Part shown: piece after piece, positions 1 through 8,635 of the stretch
Layout of the letters: each line of letters starts with the position of its first letter
How positions within the stretch are numbered: the first letter of the stretch is position 1
Assembly: GCA_034660895.1 (NCBI GenBank)
Contig: JAYEKF010000044.1
Location: 1-43,032, forward strand
Direction of reading: 5' to 3'
DNA from: Thermoproteota archaeon
GTDB lineage: Archaea > Thermoproteota > Bathyarchaeia > Bathyarchaeales > JAYEKF01
Length of the DNA stretch: 43,032 nucleotides
Made by a program: the position numbers and the translations under genes
Notes under the pieces: generated by a model
Told to the model about the DNA's origin: nothing
Database searches by the model: none
What the model saw: only the letters and a program-made list of their open reading frames with translations

Positions 1-1
1 A

Positions 2-1585
2 GTAAGCGTTGAGAGAAGTGTCTTAGTTGTTGGCGGCGGAATTGCTGGAATACAAGCTTCGCTGGATTTAGCTAACGCTGGATTCAAAGTTTACCTTGTG
101 GAGAAAGCACCTAGCATAGGTGGACGCATGGCGCAGTTGGACAAGACTTTTCCAACGCTTGATTGTAGTGCGTGTATATTAACACCGAAAATGGTTGACG
201 TAGCTAAGCATCCAAACATAAAACTGTTGACAAATGCTGAAGCCGTGAATGTGAAGGGGTTTGTTGGAAATTATGAAGCCTCGATTCTAAAGAAGCCTAG
301 ATATGTAGATGAGGATAAATGTGTAGGCTGTGAGCTCTGCACAAAAGCATGCCCAGTTAAAGTCCCAGATAAGTTTAATGAAAGTTTAAGCCAAACACGT
401 GCAATATCCATTTATTCGCCACATGCAGTGCCAAAGGTTGCCGTAATAAACCCGAACTACTGCTTAAGGTTGAAGTATGATAAAGATGTATGCGGCAAAT
501 GCCTAGAAATATGCGATGCAAAAGCCATAAACTTTGAACAACAACCAGAAACAATCCAGCTTAAAGTAGGCGCAGCAGTCATAACGGTAGGCTCAGAAGT
601 TTTTGACGCTTCCAAAATGCCGGAGTTTGGTTACGGACGCTTCCAAAATGTTATATCAAATATCGAGTTCGAAAGGATTTCAGACGCATCTGGACCGACT
701 GGCGGAAAGATTCTTTGCCCAAAAAACGGCGAACCACCTAAAACTATAGTTTTTATCCAATGTGTTGGTTCTCGGGACAAGCGGTTCCACGAATATTGCT
801 GCCGTGTCGGATGCATGATTAGCTTAAAACAAGCAATTCTTGTTCGTGAAAAGCTTGGCAAAAACGTGAACATCCACATCTGTTTTAATGATCTCCGAGC
901 TTTTGGCAAAGGTTATGAGGAATTTTATAGACGGGCAAGAGATCTACAAATCAACTTTATTGCTGGATTGCCATCTGAAATTCGCAGCGTTGCGGATGGT
1001 TCACTTTACTTTGACGTTTACGACAGAGGAACAAACAAGCTTTTGGAAATGCATTCAGACCTAATCGTGCTGGCAAACGGGCTTGTTCCAAGCAGCGACC
1101 TTGGGAAAATCAGTGAATTGTTCCATGTTTCAAGAAGCATAGACGGTTTTCTGTTAGAAGCACATCCGAAGCTGAGGCCGCTTGAAAGTCCCACAGCAGG
1201 GGTTTTTCTTGCAGGTGTATGTCAAGGACCCAAGGATATCCCAGATACTGTAGCGCAGGCAAGTGGGGCAGCGGCAAAAGTCATAGACCTGTTGTGGAGT
1301 GGTGAAATTGAGCTTGAGCCTTTGAAAGCTGTGGTGAACAAAGACTTGTGCAGTGGATGTAGAATTTGCGAGTATGTTTGTCCATATGTTGCAATAGAGA
1401 TGAAAACCGAAATTGTAGGCGGCATTGAAAGGCTTAGAGCCGAGGTTGTTGAAGCCATGTGCCAAGGCTGTGGCTTATGTGGCTCAGCATGCCCAGCCAA
1501 CGCTATTAAAATGCAACATTACACCGACGAACAAGTTTTAGCTCAGGTCCACGCAGCGTTCACTGCGAAGCAGGAGAGTAGCTAA
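2..1585 (+). CDS. hdrA: Heterodisulfide reductase subunit A-like FAD/FeS protein; 5'-partial, with the frame open to the window edge
   Basis: The frame is open from nt 2. Residues upstream of the listed Met read VLVVGGGIAGIQASLDLANAG, a dinucleotide-binding motif. An HdrA-type CVGSRD...YCCRVGC motif is present, along with several CxxCxxCxxxCP ferredoxin-like motifs. Confidence 0.9.
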   Translation, partial: VSVERSVLVVGGGIAGIQASLDLANAGFKVYLVEKAPSIGGRMAQLDKTFPTLDCSACILTPKMVDVAKHPNIKLLTNAEAVNVKGFVGNYEASILKKPRYVDEDKCVGCELCTKACPVKVPDKFNESLSQTRAISIYSPHAVPKVAVINPNYCLRLKYDKDVCGKCLEICDAKAINFEQQPETIQLKVGAAVITVGSEVFDASKMPEFGYGRFQNVISNIEFERISDASGPTGGKILCPKNGEPPKTIVFIQCVGSRDKRFHEYCCRVGCMISLKQAILVREKLGKNVNIHICFNDLRAFGKGYEEFYRRARDLQINFIAGLPSEIRSVADGSLYFDVYDRGTNKLLEMHSDLIVLANGLVPSSDLGKISELFHVSRSIDGFLLEAHPKLRPLESPTAGVFLAGVCQGPKDIPDTVAQASGAAAKVIDLLWSGEIELEPLKAVVNKDLCSGCRICEYVCPYVAIEMKTEIVGGIERLRAEVVEAMCQGCGLCGSACPANAIKMQHYTDEQVLAQVHAAFTAKQESS

Positions 1586-2101
1586 ATGGGTTTGGTTGAT
1601 TTGATGTCCATGGCTAAACCGAATGAGGAATCGCGAACGAAGATTTTGGTGAAACTGGGTAGAAACGAGTTTATGGACTGTTTTCAATGTTTGAAGTGCA
1701 CTAGCGGATGCACGGCTTTGAAGCTTTTAGAGTTGAAGCCTCATGAGATAATGAAACTTGTTAGGTTAGGCTTTGTAGATGAGCTCGCCGCCTCAGAAAT
1801 AATTTGGACCTGTGCAACATGCTTAAAATGTACGCAGCGATGTCCGCAGAAAGCGTCGCCATACCATGTAATAATGGCTTTACGAAACCTCGCTGTGGAA
1901 CGTGAAGCTAAAGTGCCGGAAGCTTACTTAAAGGGTATTTCACAAATACTTGAAAACGGGCTAACACAGACAATTCAGAAGGTTACAACGCGCAAAATGG
2001 AAACCTTCGACCGTGCAAATCTCAAATTACCGGAAATTCCTGCTCCAAAAGAAAGTTTTCAGACAGTTTTCTTAAAAGCTTTGGAGGAAAAACAGGAATG
2101 A
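1586..2101 (+). CDS. hdrC: Heterodisulfide reductase subunit C
   Basis: Two cluster motifs are present: CFQCLKCTSGC and CATCLKCTQRCP. The ATG starts immediately after the hdrA TAA stop. The size is 171 aa. Confidence 0.85.
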   Translation: MGLVDLMSMAKPNEESRTKILVKLGRNEFMDCFQCLKCTSGCTALKLLELKPHEIMKLVRLGFVDELAASEIIWTCATCLKCTQRCPQKASPYHVIMALRNLAVEREAKVPEAYLKGISQILENGLTQTIQKVTTRKMETFDRANLKLPEIPAPKESFQTVFLKALEEKQE

Positions 2102-2973
2102 AGATCGCCGTTTTCTGGGGATGCCGTATATTAACAAGCCAATATGCTTATGAAATGTCTGTCCGCCAAGTTTTCCCAAAGCTTGGAATCGAACTTGTTG
2201 ATTTGCGAGAAGCCACATGTTGCGGTGATCCTGTTAAAAGTATTAACATTTTTGCAGCGGACTATTTAGCAGTTAGAACCCTAGCCTTAGCAAATTTAAC
2301 TGGATTAACGGATTTGCTTATTCCTTGCAACCGTTGCCACTTCACGATTTCCGAGGCAAAACATAAAATGAAAACAAACGAAAAACTTCGCTTAAAAATA
2401 AGTAAGCTTTTGAACGCAGAGGGGTTAGAATATAATTCGAACATTAAAATTTGGCATGTAATCGACTTGCTGCATGATGCAGTAGGCTTAGAAAAAATTA
2501 AAGAAATAGTGAAAAAACCGTTTAAAGGCTTAAAATTAGCTAGTCATACGGGTTGCCAGATTATTCGTTACAGCGACCTTGGACGAGTCGATGATGCAGA
2601 GGATCCGCGAAAACTTGATGAATTAATTAATGTGCTCAGCGCAGAAACTGTTGATTATTCGGAGAAACTGGATTGTTGCGGTGCAATGTTGACTTATTCG
2701 CATCAGGATGCAGCTCTTTCTTTAGCTGGTTCAAAGATTAAGGCTCTGCAGGATTCGGCTGCAGACGGTCTAGTGGTTTCTTGTCCAGCATGCCAAATGA
2801 TGTTCGACTCTGAACAGAAGGATGCTGGAACGGTAGTGGGAGCCAAACTTAACCTTCCAGTCTTATACTATACGCAGTTGCTTGGGTTAGCCTTAAACAT
2901 GGAAGAAGAGAAACTTGGTTTGCACTTGAACCAAAGCCCGGTTAATCAACTTCTAACGAGAATTTCAGCTTAA
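2098..2973 (+). CDS. hdrB: Heterodisulfide reductase subunit B (CCG-domain protein)
   Basis: Two CCG motifs are present (ATCCGDP and LDCCGAM). An ATGA start/stop overlap with hdrC indicates translational coupling. Confidence 0.85.
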   Translation: MKIAVFWGCRILTSQYAYEMSVRQVFPKLGIELVDLREATCCGDPVKSINIFAADYLAVRTLALANLTGLTDLLIPCNRCHFTISEAKHKMKTNEKLRLKISKLLNAEGLEYNSNIKIWHVIDLLHDAVGLEKIKEIVKKPFKGLKLASHTGCQIIRYSDLGRVDDAEDPRKLDELINVLSAETVDYSEKLDCCGAMLTYSHQDAALSLAGSKIKALQDSAADGLVVSCPACQMMFDSEQKDAGTVVGAKLNLPVLYYTQLLGLALNMEEEKLGLHLNQSPVNQLLTRISA

Positions 2974-3047
2974 TGTTTGGGAAAAAGTAGAATATACAGA
3001 GAGTTGAAATACCAAACGTTTCGAAGATATGAGTAAAATGCCACCTC

Positions 3048-4364
3048 TTGGACAAAATACTTATAGATAGAACAGTTGCTACACTAGTCCAAATGGATGG
3101 AAAAACAATGGTGTTTGATTTTACGGAAACCGAGAATCAGAAACTCATGATAAAAAGTGTTAGGGAATGGTGCGAAAGACACCTAACGTTTGAACGAGTT
3201 AGAGAAATGGACGACAAAGGACATCCTTTTCCCAAAGATGTTGTTGAGGGGTTATGCGGCTTAGGTGTTGTCATGGGAACGGTTCCAGTGGAACATGGTG
3301 GTTCTGGCATTGATTGGCTGACTCAAAGCATGATCTCTGAGGTTATAGGATATTACGATCCAACCATTGCTACTGCAGCGGGTCTTATGGCTGTTGAAAC
3401 TGGCTGGGGATTCACTCTCGATAGGTATTGCAGCGAAACTGTTAGAGAGAAATATGTAAAACCAGCAATCAAGGGTGAAAAATTCGTTGGCATAGCAACT
3501 ACGGAGCCTGGAGGGGGATCAGATGTCGCAGCGTTCAAGTCAACAGCCAAAAAAGACGGAGAGGAGTGGATCATCAACGGAGAGAAAACGTTCATCAGCG
3601 GTACAGAAGAATGTGAGAAGTGGGGAGGTGGTTACTGGATTAACGTAAGAACTGGCCCAGCACCGCCAAAAACCCCTCACAGAAACATGACTTCTTTCTT
3701 CCTGCCGATAGATGCTGAAGGCGTAGAGGTGCAAGAACCGTACAGAGATGCGGGTAGAATGGCCCTTTCCACCGGCGGGTTCAAAATGGAGGACGTGAGG
3801 CTTCCAGACGAGTACAGGTTGGGAGAGGAGGGAAAAGGCTTCTATTACACCATGGAAGGATTTGATAACGCCCGAATGATGATAGGAGCCAGTTGTGTAG
3901 GGATCATTCAACGCATAATCGATGAAGCGGTACCTTACATACAAGAAAGAAAAACTTTTGGACGACCTCTCGCTAAGTACGAAGCAATCCAGTTTGAACT
4001 GGCTGAATTATATCGAGAAATGGAGGCATTAAAACTGATGACTCGAAAAACAACATGGATGCAAGACATAAGATACGGGGAGGAAGGGATGCCTGAAAAA
4101 ACTTCGGAGGCTAAAACCTTCAAGCCGACTGAAGTGGCTAACTGGATATCCATGATTAAATGGAAAGGCCCGTCTCTCGCTTTGGAAGCCGCGAAAAAAG
4201 CAATGATCTGGTTTGGAGCAGCAGGGTACACTAAAGAATACATTTTCGAATCCGCGTGGCGTGGCGTAATGTCTTACGTTGTAGGAGCCGAAGGAGGATT
4301 AAACATTCAGAAGATAGTCGTTGCGAGAGAACTCCTCGGAAGAGACTATGTTCCCTACAAGTAA
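3048..4364 (+). CDS. Acyl-CoA dehydrogenase family protein
   Basis: ACAD hallmarks are present: GIATTEPGGGSDVAA, FISG, and the C-terminal AEGGLNIQKIVVARELLG. The listed start is TTG 3048. The in-frame ATG at 3108 (MVFDFTETENQ) looks more natural. Confidence 0.88.
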   Translation: MDKILIDRTVATLVQMDGKTMVFDFTETENQKLMIKSVREWCERHLTFERVREMDDKGHPFPKDVVEGLCGLGVVMGTVPVEHGGSGIDWLTQSMISEVIGYYDPTIATAAGLMAVETGWGFTLDRYCSETVREKYVKPAIKGEKFVGIATTEPGGGSDVAAFKSTAKKDGEEWIINGEKTFISGTEECEKWGGGYWINVRTGPAPPKTPHRNMTSFFLPIDAEGVEVQEPYRDAGRMALSTGGFKMEDVRLPDEYRLGEEGKGFYYTMEGFDNARMMIGASCVGIIQRIIDEAVPYIQERKTFGRPLAKYEAIQFELAELYREMEALKLMTRKTTWMQDIRYGEEGMPEKTSEAKTFKPTEVANWISMIKWKGPSLALEAAKKAMIWFGAAGYTKEYIFESAWRGVMSYVVGAEGGLNIQKIVVARELLGRDYVPYK

Positions 4365-4421
4365 CCCTCATTCCTTTTTTTATTTCTATGAAACGGTGGA
4401 ACTAATATTGGATGGGCAGCT

Positions 4422-5555
4422 ATGACGAAAACGGGCGCCTACTTCTGGCTTGGAGACCAAGCTTGCGCAGAAGCAGCTATAGCAGCTGGATGCCGTTTTT
4501 TTGCTGGATACCCGATCACTCCAGCAAGCGAAATAGCCGAGCATCTCGCAAAAAGGCTTCCGCAAGAGGGCGGTATAGCGATTCAAATGGAAGATGAAAT
4601 GGCTTCGATTGCGGCTGTTATAGGCGCCAGCTGGGCTGGAACGAAAGCCATGACAGCCACATCTGGACCCGGCTTCAGCTTAATGCAGGAGCTTATTGGT
4701 TATGCTTTCATGACTGAGACACCTTGCGTCGTCGTTGATGTGCAACGTGTCGGGCCGAGCACTGGACAGGCGACGAAGTGCGGTCAGGGAGACGTAATGC
4801 AGTCTAGGTGGGGAACTCATGGCGACTACATGTCTATTGTCTTATCGCCGAATTCTGTGCAGGAAATGTTTGAGCTTACAGTACAAGCCTTTAATCTTGC
4901 GGAAACCTACCGGACGCCGGTTGTCTTACTTGCGGATGGGTTAATAGCTCATATGAGGGCGCCTGTTGAAATACCGCCGCTGGATAAGATAGAGGTTGTA
5001 GACCGCAAAAAGCCAAATCCGGGAGAAAACCAGTTCTTCGGACCTGATGAGGTTCCGCCAATGCCTTCTCTCGGCGAAGGCTACAACGTACCTGTTACTG
5101 GTTCAACTCACGACGAAAGGGGGATACGATTCACGGCTGACCCACAAGTGCATCGTAGGCTTGTTGAAAGGCTCATGCGGAAAATAAGCAGGAACGCGAG
5201 CCGAATTATAGACGTGGAAGCTTACAACGTGCAAGGCTGCGATGTCGGCTTAGTTTCTTTCGGTTGCACTTCTCGTAGCGTATACGAGGCGGTGAAAACT
5301 GCAGAGGAAGAGGGAATAAACGTTGGATACGCCCGACTGAGGACTATGTGGCCTTTCCCGGAGAAAATAGTAGCTGCTATGGCTCAGCACGCCAGAGCTA
5401 TAATTGTTCCGGAAATGAATTTGAAGCAGCTCTTCTACGAGGTGCAGAGAGCCGTGAACGGCTTAACCCAAGTAGTTCCCCTTAACAAGATTGGAGGTGG
5501 AGAGCTTTTCACGCCAGAAGAGCTGCTTTCTGAAATTAGGAGGTGGCGGTGTTAA
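4422..5555 (+). CDS. 2-oxoacid:ferredoxin oxidoreductase, alpha subunit (substrate specificity unknown)
   Basis: The N-terminus AGCRFFAGYPITPASEI...QMEDEMASI...TATSGPGFSLM is typical of KorA/PorA-type alpha subunits. Confidence 0.9.
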   Translation: MTKTGAYFWLGDQACAEAAIAAGCRFFAGYPITPASEIAEHLAKRLPQEGGIAIQMEDEMASIAAVIGASWAGTKAMTATSGPGFSLMQELIGYAFMTETPCVVVDVQRVGPSTGQATKCGQGDVMQSRWGTHGDYMSIVLSPNSVQEMFELTVQAFNLAETYRTPVVLLADGLIAHMRAPVEIPPLDKIEVVDRKKPNPGENQFFGPDEVPPMPSLGEGYNVPVTGSTHDERGIRFTADPQVHRRLVERLMRKISRNASRIIDVEAYNVQGCDVGLVSFGCTSRSVYEAVKTAEEEGINVGYARLRTMWPFPEKIVAAMAQHARAIIVPEMNLKQLFYEVQRAVNGLTQVVPLNKIGGGELFTPEELLSEIRRWRC

Positions 5556-6385
5556 CCGAGGCTTTTTCTGTTAAACGTTACATGAGAGACTTAAAGCTTC
5601 CTTTCTGTCCCGGATGTGGATGCTTCACAATTATAAACTCCTTTCTACGATCAGTTCACGAACTAGGATACGAAGACCTCAGCAGATTCGTTTTCTGCAG
5701 CGGAATAGGCTGCGCAGCTTGGATTCCCTCACCATATTTCAAAGCAGACTCCATCCATACGCCGCATGGTAGAAGCATACCAGTTGCAACTGGCATAAAG
5801 CTAATGCGTCCTAACCTCAACATGGTCGTTTTCGGTGGAGACGGCGATATAGCCGGCATAGGCCTAAGCCACCTCATTCACGCAGCTAGGAGAAACCTCG
5901 ATATCACAGTTATAATGGTGAATAACATGGTATATGGGATGACTGGCGGACAAGTAGCGCCCACAACCCCTTTTAAGACGAAGACTACAACAACGCCTTA
6001 CGGAAGCTTCGAACATCCGTTAGACGTAACCCGTCTTGTTGCAGCTGCCGGCGCAAGCTACGCGGCTAGATGGACAACAGCCAACGCTAAAGAGCTTACG
6101 GAAGCTTTTAAAAGTGCTGTTTCAACGAAGGGTTTCGCCTTCGTTGAGGTTGTAAGCCAGTGTCCAACAGCGTTTGGTAGGACAGCCGGGTTTAAAGATG
6201 CAGCTGAAATTCTTCGGTGGTTCAGAGAAAACTCGGTTCAGCTTAAGGAATCTGATAAATTGAGTGAAGAGGAATTGGCTGGAAAGATAGTTGTTGGTGA
6301 GTTTGTGCGTAGAGAGTTGCCGACGCTTACAGAAAATGTTTACGCAGTTTTAAAGGAGGCTAAAAAACATGCGGAAACAAGTTGA
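5543..6385 (+). CDS. 2-oxoacid:ferredoxin oxidoreductase, beta (TPP-binding) subunit
   Basis: The motifs CPGCG, GGDGD...NN.VYGMTGGQ (TPP motif) are present. There is a GTG start with an AGGAGG upstream, and a 13-nt overlap with the alpha subunit gene. Confidence 0.9.
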   Translation: MAVLTEAFSVKRYMRDLKLPFCPGCGCFTIINSFLRSVHELGYEDLSRFVFCSGIGCAAWIPSPYFKADSIHTPHGRSIPVATGIKLMRPNLNMVVFGGDGDIAGIGLSHLIHAARRNLDITVIMVNNMVYGMTGGQVAPTTPFKTKTTTTPYGSFEHPLDVTRLVAAAGASYAARWTTANAKELTEAFKSAVSTKGFAFVEVVSQCPTAFGRTAGFKDAAEILRWFRENSVQLKESDKLSEEELAGKIVVGEFVRRELPTLTENVYAVLKEAKKHAETS

Positions 6386-6902
6386 AATTAGGATTGCTGG
6401 GCTTGGCGGTCAAGGAGCAGTTTTGGCTGGTCAAATTCTCGGTAGAGCGGCTGTTTACGATGAGAAGATGGCTGTTCAAACCCAGAGTTACGGAGCTGAA
6501 GCAAGAGGGACGGCAGCTAAAAGCGAAGTCATAATTTCCAATGGAAAAATATTGTTCCCAATAGTTAGGAAATGCGACGTACTTGTAACCATGAGCCAAG
6601 CTGCCCTAGACGTCTACGTAAAAGACTTGAGGGAAAACGGAATTCTTATATTGGAAGAGAATTTGGTCCCGCATGCTCCAGAAGTTAAAGCTAAGGTTTT
6701 CAAAATCCCTGCTACAAAGGTTGCAGAAAAAGAACTACAATCTAAAATGTATGCTAACATTGTCATGCTCGGAGCTTTAACAAAAATAACGCAGATAACA
6801 AGCGAAAAAGCTACTAAGAAAGCGATAGTTGACAGCGTTCCACCAGCAACAAAAGAAAACAACTTAAAAGCCTTCAAAATAGGTCTCGAACTTGCAAAAT
6901 GA
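6369..6902 (+). CDS. 2-oxoacid:ferredoxin oxidoreductase, gamma subunit
   Basis: IRIAGLGGQGAVLAG...SYGAEARGT is the typical gamma-subunit signature. The gene overlaps the beta subunit gene. No delta (ferredoxin) subunit gene is present. Confidence 0.88.
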   Translation: MRKQVEIRIAGLGGQGAVLAGQILGRAAVYDEKMAVQTQSYGAEARGTAAKSEVIISNGKILFPIVRKCDVLVTMSQAALDVYVKDLRENGILILEENLVPHAPEVKAKVFKIPATKVAEKELQSKMYANIVMLGALTKITQITSEKATKKAIVDSVPPATKENNLKAFKIGLELAK

Positions 6903-7042
6903 AGTCTCCTTTAACATCCATTAGAACCTCAACGAAAAACTTTTAGTTAACATTTGTAAAGCGGTTTTGGCACAATAATTGGTTTTAAATGGTTTCTGTT
7001 CCTTTTTTATGATTTGGGGGCAGTTTTTGCCAGTTTTGCGGT

Positions 7043-7270
7043 ATGGTTTTAGATGAGAAAGAAGCTGTTCGGATGATAGAGTCAGAGAAGAAAAAACAAG
7101 AAGTTCACGATATAATGGACAAGTTGTTACAAGACCCAAAAGTCAGGAAAATACTGAAGGAAAAAATGAAAAAGTATCTGGACACCCGAAAGCAACTAAC
7201 TAATCCACTTCTCCAAAGACGTTTTGGTTCATTGAAAATTTTCAGGGGGAAAGCGAAGATACTTCTATAA
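7043..7270 (+). CDS. Hypothetical small Lys/Glu-rich protein (75 aa)
   Basis: This is only an ATG-initiated ORF in an otherwise empty intergenic stretch. There is no clear RBS and no recognisable motif. Confidence 0.3.
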   Translation: MVLDEKEAVRMIESEKKKQEVHDIMDKLLQDPKVRKILKEKMKKYLDTRKQLTNPLLQRRFGSLKIFRGKAKILL

Positions 7271-7345
7271 AAACGTTCCGTAAAACTTTAGAGAATCACT
7301 TCTTAGTTAAAGCTTGGAATAAACGAAAAGCCAAAGGTAAATTCT

Positions 7346-7393
7346 TTGGAGGCGTGTCACCGCCTAGCCCCAACTGAAGGGTAGAAAGAGAAC
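7346..7393 (+). repeat. Leader repeat copy 1 (48 nt), ending 22 nt upstream of the start codon of the 7416 gene
   Basis: The sequence ttggaggcgtgtcaccgcctagccccaactgaagggtagaaagagaac matches 7886-7933 at 45/48 positions. It contains the AGGCG-N6-CGCCT and GCCC-N8-GGGT stem-loops. Confidence 0.85.
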
Positions 7394-7415
7394 TTAAAAA
7401 ATAAGGAGATGGAAA

Positions 7416-7856
7416 ATGAAGGTTTCAAAGGAGTGGTTGCTCGTTGCTTTAGCGTTATCTCTCGGTTTTGTGTATGGAGCTGTTTCATTCTTCTCTAGAA
7501 TCTTTTTCCTCGCAGATATTCAGTTTATTCTAATTCTTGTATTAGTGAGATTTGCAGTTGACCCCTTCCTCATGTTCACGGTTTTCTACGTTTATGGGAG
7601 AAAAGTGGATTTGAAAGCGAGGCTGACCACCATGATAGTGTTGTTGTTCACCGGTTTATATGTTGGAAACTTTTTGGGGAACATCGTTACGTTTCCAGTC
7701 GTCACGCACTTGCGACACTCCCCCAGCTTCCTTTCGATAGTTTTTCGAGGTTTGTTTCCAACCGTAATCATGAGTCCTTTCTTTGTCGCCTTATCCGCCT
7801 CAGCTATAGCTTACATAAGAAACACTAAAACCTCAAGTGAAAAGGGGAAAGCATGA
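7416..7856 (+). CDS. Hypothetical polytopic membrane protein (146 aa, about 4 TM segments)
   Basis: There is an AAGGAG RBS 7 nt upstream of the ATG. Four hydrophobic segments are present. The N-terminus MKVSKEWLLVALALSL is paralogous to the small ORF at 9895. Confidence 0.7.
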   Translation: MKVSKEWLLVALALSLGFVYGAVSFFSRIFFLADIQFILILVLVRFAVDPFLMFTVFYVYGRKVDLKARLTTMIVLLFTGLYVGNFLGNIVTFPVVTHLRHSPSFLSIVFRGLFPTVIMSPFFVALSASAIAYIRNTKTSSEKGKA

Positions 7857-7885
7857 ACCATACGGAAGCCAACGCTGAACTTGTG

Positions 7886-7933
7886 TTGGAGGCGTGTCAC
7901 CGCCTAGCCCATAGTGAAGGGTAGAAAGAGAAC
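7886..7933 (+). repeat. Leader repeat copy 2 (48 nt), ending 21 nt upstream of the start codon of the 7955 gene
   Basis: It matches 7346-7393 at 45/48 positions. The three differences (7911, 7912, 7914) all fall in the loop of the second predicted hairpin. Confidence 0.85.
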
Positions 7934-7954
7934 CTAAGTAAAATTGGAAAGAAA

Positions 7955-8599
7955 ATGAGAAAAGTTGAATGGAACCGGAAAACGATATCTGTTGTTTTGT
8001 TAGCGGTGGTTCTACCAGTAAGCCTTACAGTAGCGTTTCAACTGTTTGGAAGAGGAACCAAGATAGCTGAGAACACAACCTTGGAACCCGTACAATGGTC
8101 TTTTCAGAGACCGAATCAGTATGTTTCCATAGGAGACCTGCTTAACGCCTCCTACGCTGACGATGGCTTGTCAGCAACATTCCATATGATACTTGCGGAT
8201 TATCTCCCAAGAGTTGGCTCGCTTCACTATGATACTGTACGAATACGCATCAAAACGAACGCAACAACTGACCTGAACGGTTACATAGAGAGCGTTAACG
8301 TTCTCTTCCAGGAAGAACGGTCAGCATCTAGGGTAAGTCTACAGGAGACGGATTTTGATTTCCAGAATCTTTCTTTGGTGGATAAAGCAGAAGGGATTAA
8401 CGGGGCTTCTATGAGGTTGGATGGAGTGAACAATCCAAGTAAGGTTGCCCTTTCAGCGGTAGCGCTATGGAAGCTTCTTACTCTAAACACGCAGTCGCAC
8501 CAGATGGAAGTAGCCTACGAAATCGTCTACTACAACGGAACAGCCTACAACAGAGTGGTTCAACCATTCCAACTCAACATCTTAGGTGCAGAAGAATGA
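7955..8599 (+). CDS. Hypothetical signal-anchored extracellular protein (214 aa)
   Basis: An N-terminal hydrophobic anchor is present (ISVVLLAVVLPVSLTVAF). There are five N-x-S/T sequons. The module ADYLPRVGSLHYDTVRIRIKTNATT is paralogous to a module in the next gene. Confidence 0.7.
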   Translation: MRKVEWNRKTISVVLLAVVLPVSLTVAFQLFGRGTKIAENTTLEPVQWSFQRPNQYVSIGDLLNASYADDGLSATFHMILADYLPRVGSLHYDTVRIRIKTNATTDLNGYIESVNVLFQEERSASRVSLQETDFDFQNLSLVDKAEGINGASMRLDGVNNPSKVALSAVALWKLLTLNTQSHQMEVAYEIVYYNGTAYNRVVQPFQLNILGAEE

Positions 8600-8635
8600 A
8601 AATCAAAAGAAAACTTCCTGACAAGAAAAATTCTC

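Noticed and set aside
7346-7933. Possible CRISPR array or tandem repeat.
   Set aside because: There are only two copies, 540 nt apart, with a full gene between them. There is no repeat-spacer periodicity and no cas genes.
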